This document shows, piece after piece, positions 14,222 through 29,763 of a DNA stretch of 64,000 nucleotides. The position numbers and the translations under genes were made by a program. Numbering within the stretch: position 1 is the first letter of the stretch; every line of letters starts with the position of its first letter. The DNA is from Chrysomallon squamiferum (lineage: Eukaryota > Animalia > Mollusca). Below the pieces are notes generated by a model, which saw nothing but the letters and a program-made list of their open reading frames with translations, searched no databases and was not told where the DNA came from. The DNA is taken from NCBI GenBank assembly GCA_012295275.1, contig CM022679.1, positions 22,754,001-22,818,000 of the forward strand, read 5' to 3'.

Positions 14222-17200
14222 GCTTTAATGGAACATCGCTTTTGAAGACAACTTGTCATGATGTCATTGGCGTGAATAAAAGAGAAAAACAGAAAATCTT
14301 TACACTTCACGATGCAACTGGACATATTTCATTTTTCTATGAAATAATTTAATTGAAAAAGTCGGATGCATGAGAAAGATTGTATTAATGCTGCGGACGA
14401 TCTCGGAGTTGAACACAACTCTATTGATCCGCCGAGAATGTATTTGGAGGCAGAGACCCTTCGAATCAAGCGGGAACTCTTTCTGGAAAATTGGTTTCGA
14501 CCCCTCGTGACCCACGTAGACAATGCACACGTCGCAGTCATAAGTTTGAGGCTGAAACTACCGCCCCGAAATTTATTTACTCCCATTAATTTCTTGAAAA
14601 CACGTCAGCGGTTTTTAAAACAGACGCCGAAACAGAAGACAAAACAATTCTTATGGGTGTTACGGGGTCGTTTCTAATGTGACAGAACCCGAAAAGTGAT
14701 TTCTAACAGGGGTAAAAAAAAAAAAAAAATACTGTAAATATTCTCGAATGGTGTGTGTAATGTATTACAGGGTCTAGCGAATCGAATGAATAAACACATT
14801 TTGTTATCAGACTGTAGTAAGAATGATTTCAGATTATGATTATTGGTTATCTGAAATTTGTTTGTTTATTTATCATCTGTATTACTATTATTACTGATGT
14901 TGTTACTTTTTTGTTTTATTTCGATTTTTATTATGGTCGTCGTTGTTATTGTTTTTCAATCAATGACATTTTTCTTCATATATTTATTATTATTGTGGTT
15001 CTTGTTGTTCTGTTGTTGTTTGTTTCTTTGCATTTAGAATTCTAAAATACTTTTTTTTGTTTACATCATTCAGAAATTAACGTTTGTTTATTTATTTATT
15101 TATTTACAAATGTATTTTATTATAAAATCTAACTGCCATTTTCAGTAGACACGCACGAACACTTATATACAAATACATATGTACAAACATCAGCGTGCAG
15201 TATGAACTAATCTACAAATGGACAAAATAAAATCTATATAATTCTCATAAGGCTTTTTTTCTCTTTATTCTAAATTTCTAAATAAATCATAAACGTTGAT
15301 CCGTCTTTCTGTCAGTCTGTCAACTCGTAATCGATGGATTTAATCAAAGATCGAAATAAAGATGACATTTATTACAGTGTTTTACATTCTGTATTTGAAA
15401 TTTCAGTTTACAAAAACATTTTTATATTTTTTTTTTTTTTTTTAAATTACCTTATTTCTTTGAAACTTTTTTTTTTTTTTTTTTTACGACGTTGTTAATG
15501 AAATTACCTTAGCTGCAATATTAACAGGGCACCACGAACCTCTGAGATTTCTAAACGAATAAGAGAAGATAATGAAATTTCCCATCTCAACGTTCTTTTA
15601 TTACATGTAAAGAGAGTTTCAAATTTTGTTGACAGGTTTAACTTTTCTAGCCATTGATTCCAAGCGAAAATTGGGAAAACCCAAGAGAAAATTATTTCGT
15701 GAACACTTTAAAACAAATTATAATATTTTATCATTTTTTTTTCGGTCACCGTGGGATTGTCTTGAGATATTTGAGAAGAAAAGTGAGATGCGACAAGCGA
15801 TTTCTTGTCAGTGCGAAGAAAAAGATATTTTGGAGATAGAGGGTTAAAAAAAAAATAAAACGTAATTAAAACGTGAAACGTCTTAGAGGGATCATGTTTC
15901 CCCTTTGTTAAATTAGTCTTTTTTATAAGGACATGGTTTTTTCCTTTCTTCTATCTTTCTTTCTTTTACTTTCTTTGTCTTTTTTTTTTTTTTTTTTCTG
16001 TTGAGAAAAGTTTCAAAAATTCATCTTAAAAAACTGCACTTTTACACTCTTTCATTTTCATTTCTTTTTTTTTTTCTTTTTTTAAATCTCCTTTTAGTTT
16101 ACTTTTTAATGTTTTATTGTTTTAAAAATGTTGTTACGTAATGGACATGTCAGCAGAGTATTTAACAGCGAGCTGTTCAGACCTGACAGGCGAAAGCGTA
16201 AGATCGAAACCTTCTTAGTCCATCTCTATATCTTTATCTATCTTTTTATACGATCCATTGCACAATCCGTCTGTTCATCTCCGTCTGCTTAAAACGCTAG
16301 TCATATATATGTAACAGAACATAAAGTACCGGCATTTTGCTTCTGAAAGCAATGGATATCAGTATATCACATTTTGTCATAATTTGTCTACGTTCTAACA
16401 GCTTGGTTTTAAAAACTGAAAGCAAACCACTAAACAAACTGATCAAATTTATCATCAGTTTTAATTCAAGTGCAATATGCAGCTTTACCGATAAATATAA
16501 TACTTTTTTTTTTTTTTTTTGGAAGCGCAGGACGGTCGTACATTTCGCACGGTACAAGCCGTAACGTCGAAATTACTTTTCATTACCGAATATTGGCGCG
16601 AAAATTCCTCGACATCGTCTGCTGATAAATATCTCGCCGCCTTTGTCTCGACAGCAGTAAACAGGCTGGAACTGGTTCAAATTGACGCTACCTTTTGCCG
16701 GTTCAACATACATCATCACGAATGCCATGTTTTCACGCCGGTTCGCGTAAGGTGAGGTTTTATGTTTCTGGAAGGTTATCTTCCCCGATCTGTTCGATTG
16801 AAAATCTCCGCCATATTTATCAATAAAGCATCAAATTTTCTGGGACGGAGATTCAGCAAAAATGAATAATCGCGACCCGCTATTGCTTCATAGACCGATA
16901 AATGGTAACAAATGGTAAATGGCTTTGTTGGGGTTTTTTAGACACTTTTTTTTTCTTCTTCTTCTTCCCCGAAGATTAAAAAAAATTATATTTTTTAAAT
17001 ATTTTTTTCATGCTAATGCGCTGGTCGTAAATATTTTGGACATGACGTGGGATGCAAACATCTCCCAGACATTTGATACGGAACGAGGGTCGTTGATTCA
17101 TTTGCTGTTGTACGTATCACGATTTACATCGACATGTGAAAGCAAATGTTTTGCATATCACTCGACTAAAAAAAAAAGTGTTTTATTAACAGGAACTTGG

Positions 17201-17607
17201 ATTAAGGTCAGCCAGTCTCAGACGGTAATTTGGCTGCGGTTTGAATAAAAAATATATATATATATAAAAAATGATGAATATACGTATATGAATAACTAAT
17301 GAAAAAAAAAAATGATAAAAAATATCTTTAAAAAAAAGGAAAAAAAATAAAATAAAGGTTATAAAAAAACGTTTATGATGTTATGGAATACCATGATTGA
17401 TAACTTAAATCGGATGTTCTTATAATTTTTTTTTTCTATATTAGTATATTTTTTTCTTTTTTTTTTCTTTCTTTCTTTATTTATTTATTTTTTATTTTTT
17501 ATTTTTTTTTTTTTTTTTAAAGTCTTTATTATTCAATTATTTATCCCTAATTTAGTATTCTTTCAAAAATCATTTCCTCTTATATACAATATATATTCTC
17601 TTCTTTA

Positions 17608-17675
<68 letters not shown>

Positions 17676-20600
17676 TATTTTCTATCTTTCTTTCGAGATT
17701 TAGTTTTTCTAATATATTTTATTATCAATTTTCGTTTACAGAACCATGTTAAACATATTTTTGAGATAAATTTTGAGTTAGATATTATTATCTCTAACTG
17801 ATAATATATTATTACAAATAATGAATCTTATTAGGTTAATACAAAAAGACAAAGGGATTCTCTTTATCTTTAAACTGGAAAACGAACAAATGCACTAAAG
17901 CTTTAACAAGTTAGTAATTAGGTCTGAATACAAACTTTATCATTAACTCTGAAAAATATGAAATGGTGCTTTACATTAAAATAGAACGATGATGTGGTGG
18001 AGATGATATAGTCGTAATAGTTGAGGTGCTGGAACTGAACAGTCGTAGTTTTATTAACAGAGTAGTAGTAACTGTCTTGTTAGTTGTTGGTGTAGTCATT
18101 CTAGTGATAGAGACAGAAGTAGTAGTGGTCGTAGTGTTTTTAATAATGGAAGTGAGATCATCGTAGTAACTGGCTGCAGTACTTTCGGCAATTTAATAAT
18201 AATAGGTGCAACAGTAATAATAGTAGATGTAGTAGCTGTTGTGTTGGCAGTTGTTGTGGTAGTAGTAAAGTTGCATTAGTAATAGTAGTAACATACGTAG
18301 TAGTAGTACCAGGAGTAGTAGTAGGAGTAGTAGCAGTAGCAGTAGCAGCAGTTGTTGTTGCTGCATTTCTGCTTTTAATAGTGGTAGTGTAGTAATATAA
18401 GTAGCATAAGTAGTAGTTGTATAATGGTAATAGTGGTAGCAGTAGTAGTAGTAGTAGTAATACTAGCAGCAGAAGTAGTAGCAGTAGTTGTTGTTGCTGC
18501 TGCTGTTGTTTGAAAAAGAAGAAAAAAGGACGTTCAAAGGAGTAAGAACGTCCTTTGATGAAATCAAATGTTTTCTGTCACGTCGACCAACACTTCTGTT
18601 TTAATCATTGTTTACTGGACACGGATTTCTAATCATATAACCGTCCTGAAATCACTTCAGAACCGTGCTAGGAAGAGAGAGAGAGAGAGAGAACTGCGCA
18701 CCAAAAACCTATCTCATCAATCACGGCGGGTAAATATGTTCTGAACAAACCCGCTCGCTGGAACATTATGTTTGCAGCATATGATGTGATACCAGAGATC
18801 ACGAGGAAAATATGTTTAGAAATAACGGATCACCCTGCAAAGAGATGACGAATGAACTGACTTCTTGATTGCCTCCTTGTCCGTTTTGCTGAGGCGCAGA
18901 CGACTGCTGAAGTTTATCCAGCCGCCGTCTTAAAAACTCTCGTAATAATCGCCGACGCTTTACAAACAATGTCCTGCTTTTATGTCGGCAATGATTCCTG
19001 ATTAGCCCACTACGGCGGGAGGGTGTATGTCGAGGTGTGTGGGGGGGAAACTGCTTCGAAATGTCAGCAATACTGAACACATACTGGTGATGGACGACCA
19101 AAACTGCTTGACCCCTTTTAGGGAACTGCTGCTCGTACGTCCGGACAATACGGAATGTTTACTGGCAGCCGAAGGATGATGGCCAAATTGATTGTTCGTG
19201 TTAGCTTTTATTTCTCACTGACACATTTCATCTGTGATGAGATGGGCAATTTGTAAATACGGCTATAAATCTTCGTCTTTGTGACTTACAACCGGCTCCT
19301 CGGCTGTGTTTAAGTGGAGAGCGAGCTAATGTCGAGTGTGACATACTGACGTATTGTGCGCTTGATGTTTCACCAAGCTGTTGAGAAAAATTAATAACAA
19401 TAAATGTAAAATATTTCCCCATGTTAAAAAGGGGTTTTCTAGGGGCACGATCCTGATTAACATATTTTTGTGGTTCTACCACCGTGACTGTTATTATTAA
19501 TAATTTTCACCGCGACATTTTCGGACGTGGTACAGACGTGTCTGTATAAATGGCGTGAGACAGATTAATATCCTTTGTGAGTCTAATACCGAAGATAAAG
19601 TAATGAATGTCTTTTACAGTAATCATTTGTCTTCTTCAGATGGAAGTTAATAAATGCCTTTCCTACTCGTAAAGAATTACCAGTATAATAACAAAACGCC
19701 AGAAAATTTGTACGTGCATATGTGTTTGCTTATTCAATTTAGTTCATTCTGTTCTTTATTACCTCTGATCTTTATGGCTCGTGCCTACTTATGTAGTAAA
19801 TCTTTGGATTAAGGGACAGGAAAGTAGACAGATATAAATTATTTTTTGTGATTTAAATTTTCTAATATGTCTCTACAGACATTAGATCATTAAAGTTGCA
19901 TCCAGTGAGGCTGTTTCTTTTGTTTTGTTATTGTTGCTGTGTTGTTGTTTGTTGTTGGGTTTTATTTTTATTTATTTTAAATTTATTTATTTAATTGTCG
20001 TTATTGTTTGTTTGTTTGTTTGCATTATCCCCAAATGGAATGATCTAATCCTGCCGGCACAAAAGAACAAATCAACGAGCGATAAGAATAAACGAAACGA
20101 ATAAATGAATGAATGAATGAATGAATGAATGAATGAATGAAACCAAACAATTTTTTAACTTCATTCCAACACAAATAAAACATCGTCTGTTGGATGTAGA
20201 CAAAATTTTGAACGGAATCGTCGAGAAAGCCTAAAACATCTGTAAACTGAAGATTCGCCATCAATACCACAACCAAGATCACACCCACCCCTAGGCGATC
20301 TTGACCACTTTTGTGTTTACTGATTACATTTACTTCGGTTTTTTTTTTTTAATACCTCTTACTCTTTTCCTCCTTTGTACTTTTTTTTTTCCTTTCTAAT
20401 CCTCTCTCTACTTATTTTTTTTTTTTTAAAAAAGAAAAAAGAAAAATCGTTTTGCCTTTGCACAAAAAGCTTTTAAAGACGGTAATGGCAGACTCTCAAT
20501 GCAGCGGTCCGTGTTCGCGGCTTATTTCAGTAGTTAATCAAGCATGGGCGGCACCGGCTGATTGCAGTCAGGGAATATGCTTTTTACGTCTTAATCCGGG

Positions 20601-20756
20601 ATCACCATTGGCGTAAATACAGCAACCTGTTTGCGTCAATCACCGGAATATTTTAACCAATTATCGACAAAATGATGAACCGATTAGTGATGCTTTGGGA
20701 ATTAATGGGTTGTGTCTATTTTCTTTTCGGTTTTTTCTTTTAATGGGTGTGTTTGC

Positions 20757-20863
<107 letters not shown>

Positions 20864-21316
20864 TGTGGTGCACTCCTTTATGTATATAATATTTCCATAT
20901 TTACTTTTCTTCTTTTCTGTCGTCGTTGACGTTGTTGTTTTCAGGTACAGTAATGTCAAACAAATACATCCGATACACCGCGTCCACTGAAGCGAGCATT
21001 TAGTTCCTGAGCTGCAGCAGAACCTAATCATCTTAGTGTTCTTAAATCATTTTTAATTAAATCATCTAAAACTGCTCGAACATAAGCAGACTAAAATCTT
21101 GCTGCAGGTTTACAAAATCAAGCCGCGTTTGTGAAGCCTGGATAGACACGGCAGTCCGATCGGCTTCAATATATTTATAAGTAATTCGATTTAATTCATC
21201 AGTGACTTTGTTGATCTTCTTACTCGAAACGCAAAGTAGACACCTACCAGATCTATCAGTTTGGCCTGCAAGTAATAACGACAACAACGACAACAACAAC
21301 AACAATAATGATGATG

Positions 21317-21390
<74 letters not shown>

Positions 21391-21926
21391 AATTAATAAA
21401 TAAATAAATTAATTAAAACAATAATAATAATAATAACAACAACAATAACAATAACAACAACAATAACAATAACAACAACAACAAAAACAGAATATGTAGT
21501 AGTAGGAGCGGCAGTAGTAACAGTAATAATAGTGGTAGTAATTAATAGTAATACAGAAATTATAGGAGACAAGACAAGATACTGAAAGCAAAATGAAAAA
21601 TTAAAAACTGACTAACCCAACAAATAATGAATAAGTAAATAAATGAATGAATTAATGAACATATTAACAAACAAACAAACATAACAAACATAACAAACAA
21701 ACAAATAAATAAATAAATAATGATGACAGGCGAGTTCAATTCCACAACTGAGCTCGCCTTTAAATGATTAATCATTTATTTTATTCTTTCATTCGTTTAC
21801 TCATTCTTTCTTAAAACTTTCGTTCATTAATAAAAATCGCAAAATAGTAGTAAAAAGAAAGCAAATAATTAAACAGAAAAAGATAGAGACAGACAGACAG
21901 ACAGTGTATATATGTGTATGTGTATT

Positions 21927-22005
<79 letters not shown>

Positions 22006-23004
22006 GTCCTCCAAGAAGTAAAATAACCAAATAAACAGACAGAAATGTCGTAGACATTTTTATTACCATAATACTACACAATAACCATGTTTTTTTTTTC
22101 TAATGATTACAAACTCGTAACACAAATTAAGCATTTCCATTCAGCGAATATTGTTTATTGAGATTTCACAGTTAACTGTTTATAATGATAACGACACAGA
22201 CACTGTGACAGGTCTGTATGTACGTTCGGGAAATGAAATGATAAATGGACGCGGGTTAGATCGTGGTCCCGTTAACTCCGCGCTCGGCGAGAATTCGCGA
22301 GATCTCATCATATTAACCAGATAACAACGGCGGGCTTTTCGCTTACTTGGCGACATCTGTAGCGACAGATGTCAGCTCGATTTATGGGATTTTGATTACG
22401 GAGTCTAATAAATTTGAAAGAAATGAATATTCTGTTAGAAGAACATGGCACAGTGCGAAGATTAAAAACCTAATTTGAAGAAGTCGTTGCACGAGGTCAC
22501 GTGATTTGACTAATCTGAAAGGAAAGCACAATATTTGTTTCTTGTGTTTAAAGAAAGAAAAAAAAAGGGGGAGTAAAAGGGTTTTTTTTTTTCTTTTTTT
22601 TTTTCTTTTTTTTATCATAATCTGTTCTATTAATTAATTTTGTTATTTAAAATATATAAAATCTAAACCGAAGTAAATTTATTAATATTATTTGGTCTTA
22701 CGATTCACTGATCTGAAGTGCCGAGGTTTGATCGATTCGGAAAATGATGGTATTAAAAGAAAAATGGACAGAAAAAGAAGCATGTTAAAAATGAAAATGA
22801 TGTTGTTCCAATAATTAATTCTGCTCTACGAGGCTATTTGTTTATTTTCTTATGCAAAGGGACTTTATTTATTTATTTTATTTATTTTATTTACTTACAC
22901 ATATATCATTATATGTTACTTTTTATATTGCTTTAGAGAGAAAGGCTGTATATTGGAAAATTTCTTATTTTATTTTTGTTTCTATTTTGGGATTCTTAAT
23001 TCTC

Positions 23005-23041
<37 letters not shown>

Positions 23042-24324
23042 TAGAAGACGTTTTCTTACTTTTTTGTCTCTTATTTTTTCTTTTTCTCCTTTCTTCTCCT
23101 TTTTTCTTTTTTTTTTTTCTTTAATTTTGTATTTTTTCTTTCTTTATTTATGTTTTCTTAGTTCTTTTATCTTATTTCTTTTCTTTCTTTCTTTCTTTCT
23201 TTTTTTATATCTTATTTTTATTTTTTTTTTTTTTTTTTTTTTATTATTCTTTTTATAAAATGTGGTTAGAGACTCAGATTATTATTCAGTGAAGTGATAA
23301 AACGGGATTTTCTGCACGCGAGGCAGATGCTACGCAATATTTCCTTAGAACGTGTTTTCACGCACTCCGCCGACCATCATGGCGGTTTCGATCTCAAAAG
23401 TAATGAAAATCATCACGCAACATTTCACCATTGTGGTATTACAGAGGTGTTACAATCCCCATGGACTTTCCTCCGTCCGTGCATCCTTACACCCGTAAAA
23501 ATCAAGTCCTTAAGGCAAAGTTCCTTGCCGGCAGTGTTTGGACATGAATAGCCGTTTCTTCCTTAGTCTCCATAACAAAGGATCAAAAACAACGTGTTAG
23601 ATCATCGAGGCCTGGCGCGCAATTCCTGTAATGTCGTCTGCATGTGACTGATCGTTAGATCTCGCGTCTCTGACTGCACACTCGGGATTTGTCGTGGATT
23701 ATACAGAGCAAGTAATTAATGTGCACGATATAATCTGTTATGACTGCATCGGCATATTGCAATTTACAATACAATTTTCTTTATTATCATTGCCATTATT
23801 ATTATTATTATTATTACAAATATTTATTTATTTTTGGTTTTTTATTTTTGTTATTTTTATTTTTTTTTATTTTTATTTTTTTTTTTATTTTTTTTTTTAT
23901 TTTTTTTTTATTTTTTGTTCTTGGTCTTGTTCTTGTTCTTCTTGTTAGATTAATAATTATATTTCATTAATATTATGACTGCTACTGCAACTACTACAAT
24001 TACAGGTTCCTTAATATTATTATCCTGATCATCAATAACACAAAAAACTCCGACAACTATATATATATAAATATTTTTTAGTACTACTGTACTACAACTA
24101 CTATTACCGTTACTACAACTATTACTGCTACAATTGCTAACATTATTATTACAACTGTTAATAACAAAAATAAGTCTTCCTTATTACCATAACTATTACT
24201 GTGGCTATTATTCGTATGACAAGTACTATTGCTATTAATGGTTAATATATTAACGAATCGAAGAAGGAAAGGAAGGAAAAACAAAAATTAAATCGTCAGG
24301 AAAATATCGTCTGTTTGAACTTAG

Positions 24325-24398
24325 CAAAATGATGAACCGATTAGTGATGCTTTGGGAAGTAATGGGTTCTGTCTAGTTTCTTTTCAGTTTTTCAGTTA

Positions 24399-24450
<52 letters not shown>

Positions 24451-24460
24451 AGAGAGAGAA
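24325..24460 (+). repeat. Direct duplicate of 20668-20860 (unique ~75 bp plus (TG)n(GA)n)
   Basis: caaaatgatgaaccgattagtgatgctttgggaa.taatgggtt.tgtcta occurs at both sites. Confidence 0.9.
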
Positions 24461-24804
24461 AAAAGTATAACATAATTATTATGATATGTTGGGATGTATA
24501 AATCTTTTTACGTTAGATTTTATGAATAGACAAAAATATTGTTTTGTATTCCAATTTATTTTACACAAATCATCTCGCATACTAATTTCTTCTTCTTCTT
24601 CTTCTTCTTTTTTTATATTCTTTATTTAATTTACTAAGCCACTTTTCTTTTATCGCGCCAGAGATTTCGAAATCAAACATTTCACTGAAACGGAAAAACA
24701 AATCCAAAATGTCTGCGTTCGTTTAGTTAAATCAACAGAAATAGAAAGAATCATTTAACTTTCCCCGAGCAGAATTAATTATTCACGGAGCTTTTATTAT
24801 TTGC

Positions 24805-25147
24805 GATGTCAGTTAATCATATCTGGCAAATGTTTCGAGTCGCTAACATCTTGCACTCTGCTTCTATAACTCTCTTTTATGGAGACAAATAAACGAGGCT
24901 GTTTGTTCACGTACTCATGCTTTTGGCGGGAAGTGCCAATCAAGATCTGTCGGGAACATTTTATTTAACCAGAGGTCAAACATCGACCCGCAGAATTCTG
25001 TTCCACCAACTTACGGTTAATTGGCTTTCGCTATATCAAACTATATGTTCCTCATTACATTGGCGGCAACATGGAGAAGATATATGTGTGCCATAACTGT
25101 TTCCATCAGTAAAATTTTACGACTTCGGGCCTTTAATCAAGCCATCG
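24805..25147. promoter_or_regulatory. Candidate cis-regulatory element, copy B of a diverged duplicated pair
   Basis: Colinear conserved blocks shared with 13880-14221; regulatory function is inference. Confidence 0.45.
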
Positions 25148-25438
25148 AGAATTGGGTAGCGTTCGGTTGAGCGTTTGCGAAGCCCGGCAGACGATGGGTC
25201 GTCAAAATTTTGACTTCTGGCAAAGCGTTTCCAGCCAGGGCCATACAGCCCGTACAGCGGGGCATTTCGTTTATTTCATTTGAAAATAGGAGAACACAAA
25301 TGAAAAACTGCAACACATGTCATTCATATACTGAACGCTTTATTGATTTCTGACATCTTTTCTCAAACTCCGACAAACATTATTAATAGTTGAGATTCGC
25401 GAACAAATGACGTTGCTTGCCATGTCTAGATATAACAT

Positions 25439-25492
<54 letters not shown>

Positions 25493-25681
25493 TTGTTTAT
25501 TTTTTTTAGGGTTTGATAATTATTTCTAGTCCGACGTCGTGGTTTCTTTCATTAATATGTTTTTTTTTTCTTTCTTTTTCTATTTCTATATTTTTCTATT
25601 ACCATTTCTGTCCAGCCATATATTAAACTGATACGAGCATAACAGATGCGTAAGAGCAGAAACAGAAAACAAATTAATCAC

Positions 25682-25716
<35 letters not shown>

Positions 25717-26036
25717 CAGACAGACAGACATTATTATTATTATTATATTTCAGATCGCTAAAGAAAACATTGTTTGGATTTGAGTCATAACAGATTTAAA
25801 CATAAGTGTTTGGAATGAAGAAAAATAATAAATAAAGATATTTATTTTCAAAATTTTATAATATTCAATGAATTTGTCCATGTTGGTGGGGGGGCAAAAA
25901 ACCTCCTGTTTCTGCATATTGTTAATTAAATAGTGTATCCATTTCATCCTGAAAGATTATACCTTCTCGTTTTGTTTTTTAGCTAATGGATCTGTCCCTG
26001 TTTTCGACCTCGGTGTGTCTCAAAATAATCTTCAGG

Positions 26037-26247
26037 CTATCCAACTGGTTTAACCTGGATTACGCGATGTTTTCTGTGGCCATGTTTCCTCCCTCTGGTT
26101 TCGCGCACTATCAGGAACACAATTCCGAATATAATTGCCAGAATCAACACCACACTTAAAACCATCAGAACGTAATTGATTATACCATAATGTGCTAGAA
26201 GAGAAAACAAAATAATTAAAATAAATATCAACGACAGCGATAACAAG

Positions 26248-26280
<33 letters not shown>

Positions 26281-26317
26281 AATAATAAAAACATCAACAA
26301 CAGAAGTAGTAGTAGCT

Positions 26318-26385
<68 letters not shown>

Positions 26386-26829
26386 CGTTGTAGTAACGGT
26401 AATAATAGTTGTAGTAGTAATTACTGATAGTAATACAGAAATTATAGGACAAGACAAGATATTGAAAACAAAACGAAAAATAATAACTGGTATTAAAACT
26501 GACTAACCAAACAAATAATGAATAAGTAAACAAATGAATGAATGAAGAAACAAACAAACAAACAAACAAACAAACAAACAAACAAATAATTAAATAAATA
26601 AATACATAAAAACAATCCTAATAATAATAATAATAATATCAGCAACACAATAATTGATAGTAGTATTTAGTGCAAACAATGATCAGAAAAACTTAAAATA
26701 TAACTTAAAAGTACTGAGAATATATTTACAGTATTTCTTCAAACCACCAAAAGATACATTTTAAATTATATAGTATATGACAACCACCATCAAATAGATA
26801 AATAAGTTATTATTACCTTGGTCTGTCAT
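26037..26829 (-). CDS. Putative 56-aa single-pass membrane microprotein, MTDQAHYGIINYVLMVLSVVLILAIIFGIVFLIVRETRGRKHGHRKHRVIQVKPVG (coding parts 26829-26817 and 26194-26037)
   Basis: AAAATG context with an upstream in-frame TAA. Donor CAAG|gtaata (phase 1) matches acceptor ttttctcttctag|CA (phase 1). A hydrophobic stretch of over 20 residues is followed by a basic tail, in non-repetitive sequence. Confidence 0.62.
26410..26600 (+). repeat. Direct duplicate of about 21535-21720
   Basis: atagtaatacagaaattatagga..caagacaagata...aaaactgactaacc.aacaaataatgaataagtaaa occurs at both sites. Confidence 0.88.
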
Positions 26830-27090
26830 TTTCTCGAAATCATAAAATTATCATTTTGCGTTTATTTCCTTTTATATACGAGTTAAATAGTATCTTGCGG
26901 ACACTGATACAAAGTTTTGACAAAGCAGGAAACCTATACTTGAAGCTTAATGATAAAACATATCACAAACTGATATTGTATACTGTACAAAATAATGTGT
27001 GACCACCACTGCATGGATTACTGTTATGTCTTATACACACATACACACACACACACACACACACAGAGATACACCTAGATACATGGATAT

Positions 27091-27188
<98 letters not shown>
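27091..27188. repeat. (GATA)n microsatellite
   Basis: Direct inspection. Confidence 0.97.
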
Positions 27189-29192
27189 GTGGATACACAA
27201 TACTTACTCCGTTCCAGAATACTTTTTAAAACCGAATCTATGTTTTTTTCTCCAGAAAATATAAAGCATTTTATTACTGAAATGCATATAAAACAACAAC
27301 CGATATAAACACAATAAACAGAAGAAATAAATGAAAGTTTAACTGCTCTTCACCTGTACCGAGGACAGCGGATGATGAAAGTGGAAGGTGGTGTGTAAAG
27401 TGGAGAGAAAATACCAGGTAACTTTCTGTTTACACTACAACAACCTAGCTGAGACTCACTGGATTTCATTTTCACAAAAAAAAAAACACCCCAAAACCCT
27501 GTTAATAAAATTCTTCCTCGTTTTAAAAATGTTTCTCTTTGTCAAAGGTTTATGTTGCGGTCTGCTACAGCTTTGTCAGTTTGAAATGTTTTCACAAAAC
27601 TTTGCAAATCCCGCTTCGAGCATCATTTTGCACACTTTGATTAGTGAACTAATCCTCCCTTCCTTCCTCCTCATCTGAAGACATTTTATCTGCTGCCTTC
27701 GGGTTTCGAACGAGTTTACTAACGTTCGACAACCAAAACATTTTAGTTGTCAAATAATATGTCCGAGAACCGAGATCTCACAGTATACTTACATATATAT
27801 GTGTGTGGGTGTGTGGGTGTGTGTTTGTGTGTGTGTGTATTTGCCAGACGGGAAAATCAGCGAGTAAGTGCATCGACAAAAATTGATTCTAGATTCAATA
27901 TGCACTCTTAAAGATTTTTTTTATTTTTTTTTTATTTTTATTATTTCTTATTTTTATTTTTTCGGGGGTTTAGTTTATTTATTTATTTTCTTTTTGAACT
28001 TATCTTCTTGCTTAACCGATCAGATTAATTTTAAAACACGCACGCTTTAATAATAAAGTTCTTCTTAAAATTTGTTTAGTTTAGTATATGTTCAACCGTT
28101 ACTTGATACGTTGGTTAATTTGTTCGTTTACGTCACAGTAACAGTCTTATCACGGCATTCAGTCGACGTCTCGGAAGCAATTTTATTTTCATCTGTAACT
28201 GATCAGACAAAGAAAAAATACCGTACATTTTATTATAGATAGCGTTTCAATTGGGTATCAAAAAAAAAAATTAAAGGTCACTGTCAAATATACTTTTTAT
28301 TGTGAAGCAGACAAAACTATTCCCCTTAAAATTAGGATAAGGGAGGTAATCCATATAAACGACAAGAATTAGCAAGGAAGATACATTTATCTCCCTTGTT
28401 TGTTGAACTTTGCAGTACTGGTTATGGTGATAGTTGTATAGTAGTAAAAGTACTAATATGTAGTAGAAGTAGGGGGTATTAGCAGCAGCAATAGTAGTGG
28501 CAGTAGTAGTAGTAGTAGAAGCTGTAATGTAGCTGTAGAATCTTAACTATTGTTCAGAATGATGAAGATGTGTTTTCTAATACTTATTATAACACACAAA
28601 AACAAGTTTCACAATTTTTAATTTATTTCAAAGGTACAACTAAGTGTTGTATGCAACATGATGCCATTATTATAGTAAGTAATTGTAAAAAGATTTAACA
28701 ATATTTAGTAACACATTCAAACAATAAACTATTATTATTATTATTATTTATTATTTACAATATTTAATTATAATAATAATAATAATAAAATAATAATAAC
28801 TACAATAAGAATAACAACAGTAGAACTAAATATATATAAAATGAAGTAAAGAAAATGCAGCAAAATGCACCTTATCACAGGAAAATAAAATTCACCATGC
28901 AGCACTATGAAGCAAAATTAATAAAATAGTTTCTGCAGTAAGCAACAAAAAAAGTATGCTAACAATAAAAACAATAACATATTCAAAAATTAAGTGTCTT
29001 ACAGTTCATCATTACTTGTAGGCATCTTAATGATAAAAACAAATATAAAAAAAATATATAAAAAAACACAACAACCAAAAATCAAAAAACAAACAAGAAC
29101 AACCAAGAAAAAATCCCAAACAAAACAAAACAAAACAAAATAAAAGTAATCCAAAACAGCAACAATAAAACAACAAAATAAAATGATAAAAC

Positions 29193-29259
<67 letters not shown>

Positions 29260-29447
29260 ACATTAACACTATATGCAAACAAAAACATTTCTAAATAATA
29301 CCAAAAAACAGTAACACATTTGTATTATTAAATATTAAATTTTCAGAACAAACAGATAATACACAAAACGTTTTAACAACAAAATACATTTTTGATATAA
29401 TTATTATTAACAGCTAATATTAAAGTTAGTTTATACAGTATTTACAG

Positions 29448-29497
<50 letters not shown>

Positions 29498-29681
29498 ATA
29501 GATACATAGATACATAATGGTATACATAGATAGATACACAGAGATGTACATACAAATATACATAGAGAAAGAGAAACAGAGAGAGATAACTGTATTCTAA
29601 TAAAATATAAATTTGACCACAAAGCATCTGTCAAAATGTAAACCACAATAGTATGTACATAGGTGTGTACACGTATGTGTG

Positions 29682-29763
<82 letters not shown>

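Noticed and set aside
14366-14677. 103-aa ATG ORF in a unique island
   Set aside because: No recognisable domain or exon chain, and several frames are similarly open; cannot support it without a search
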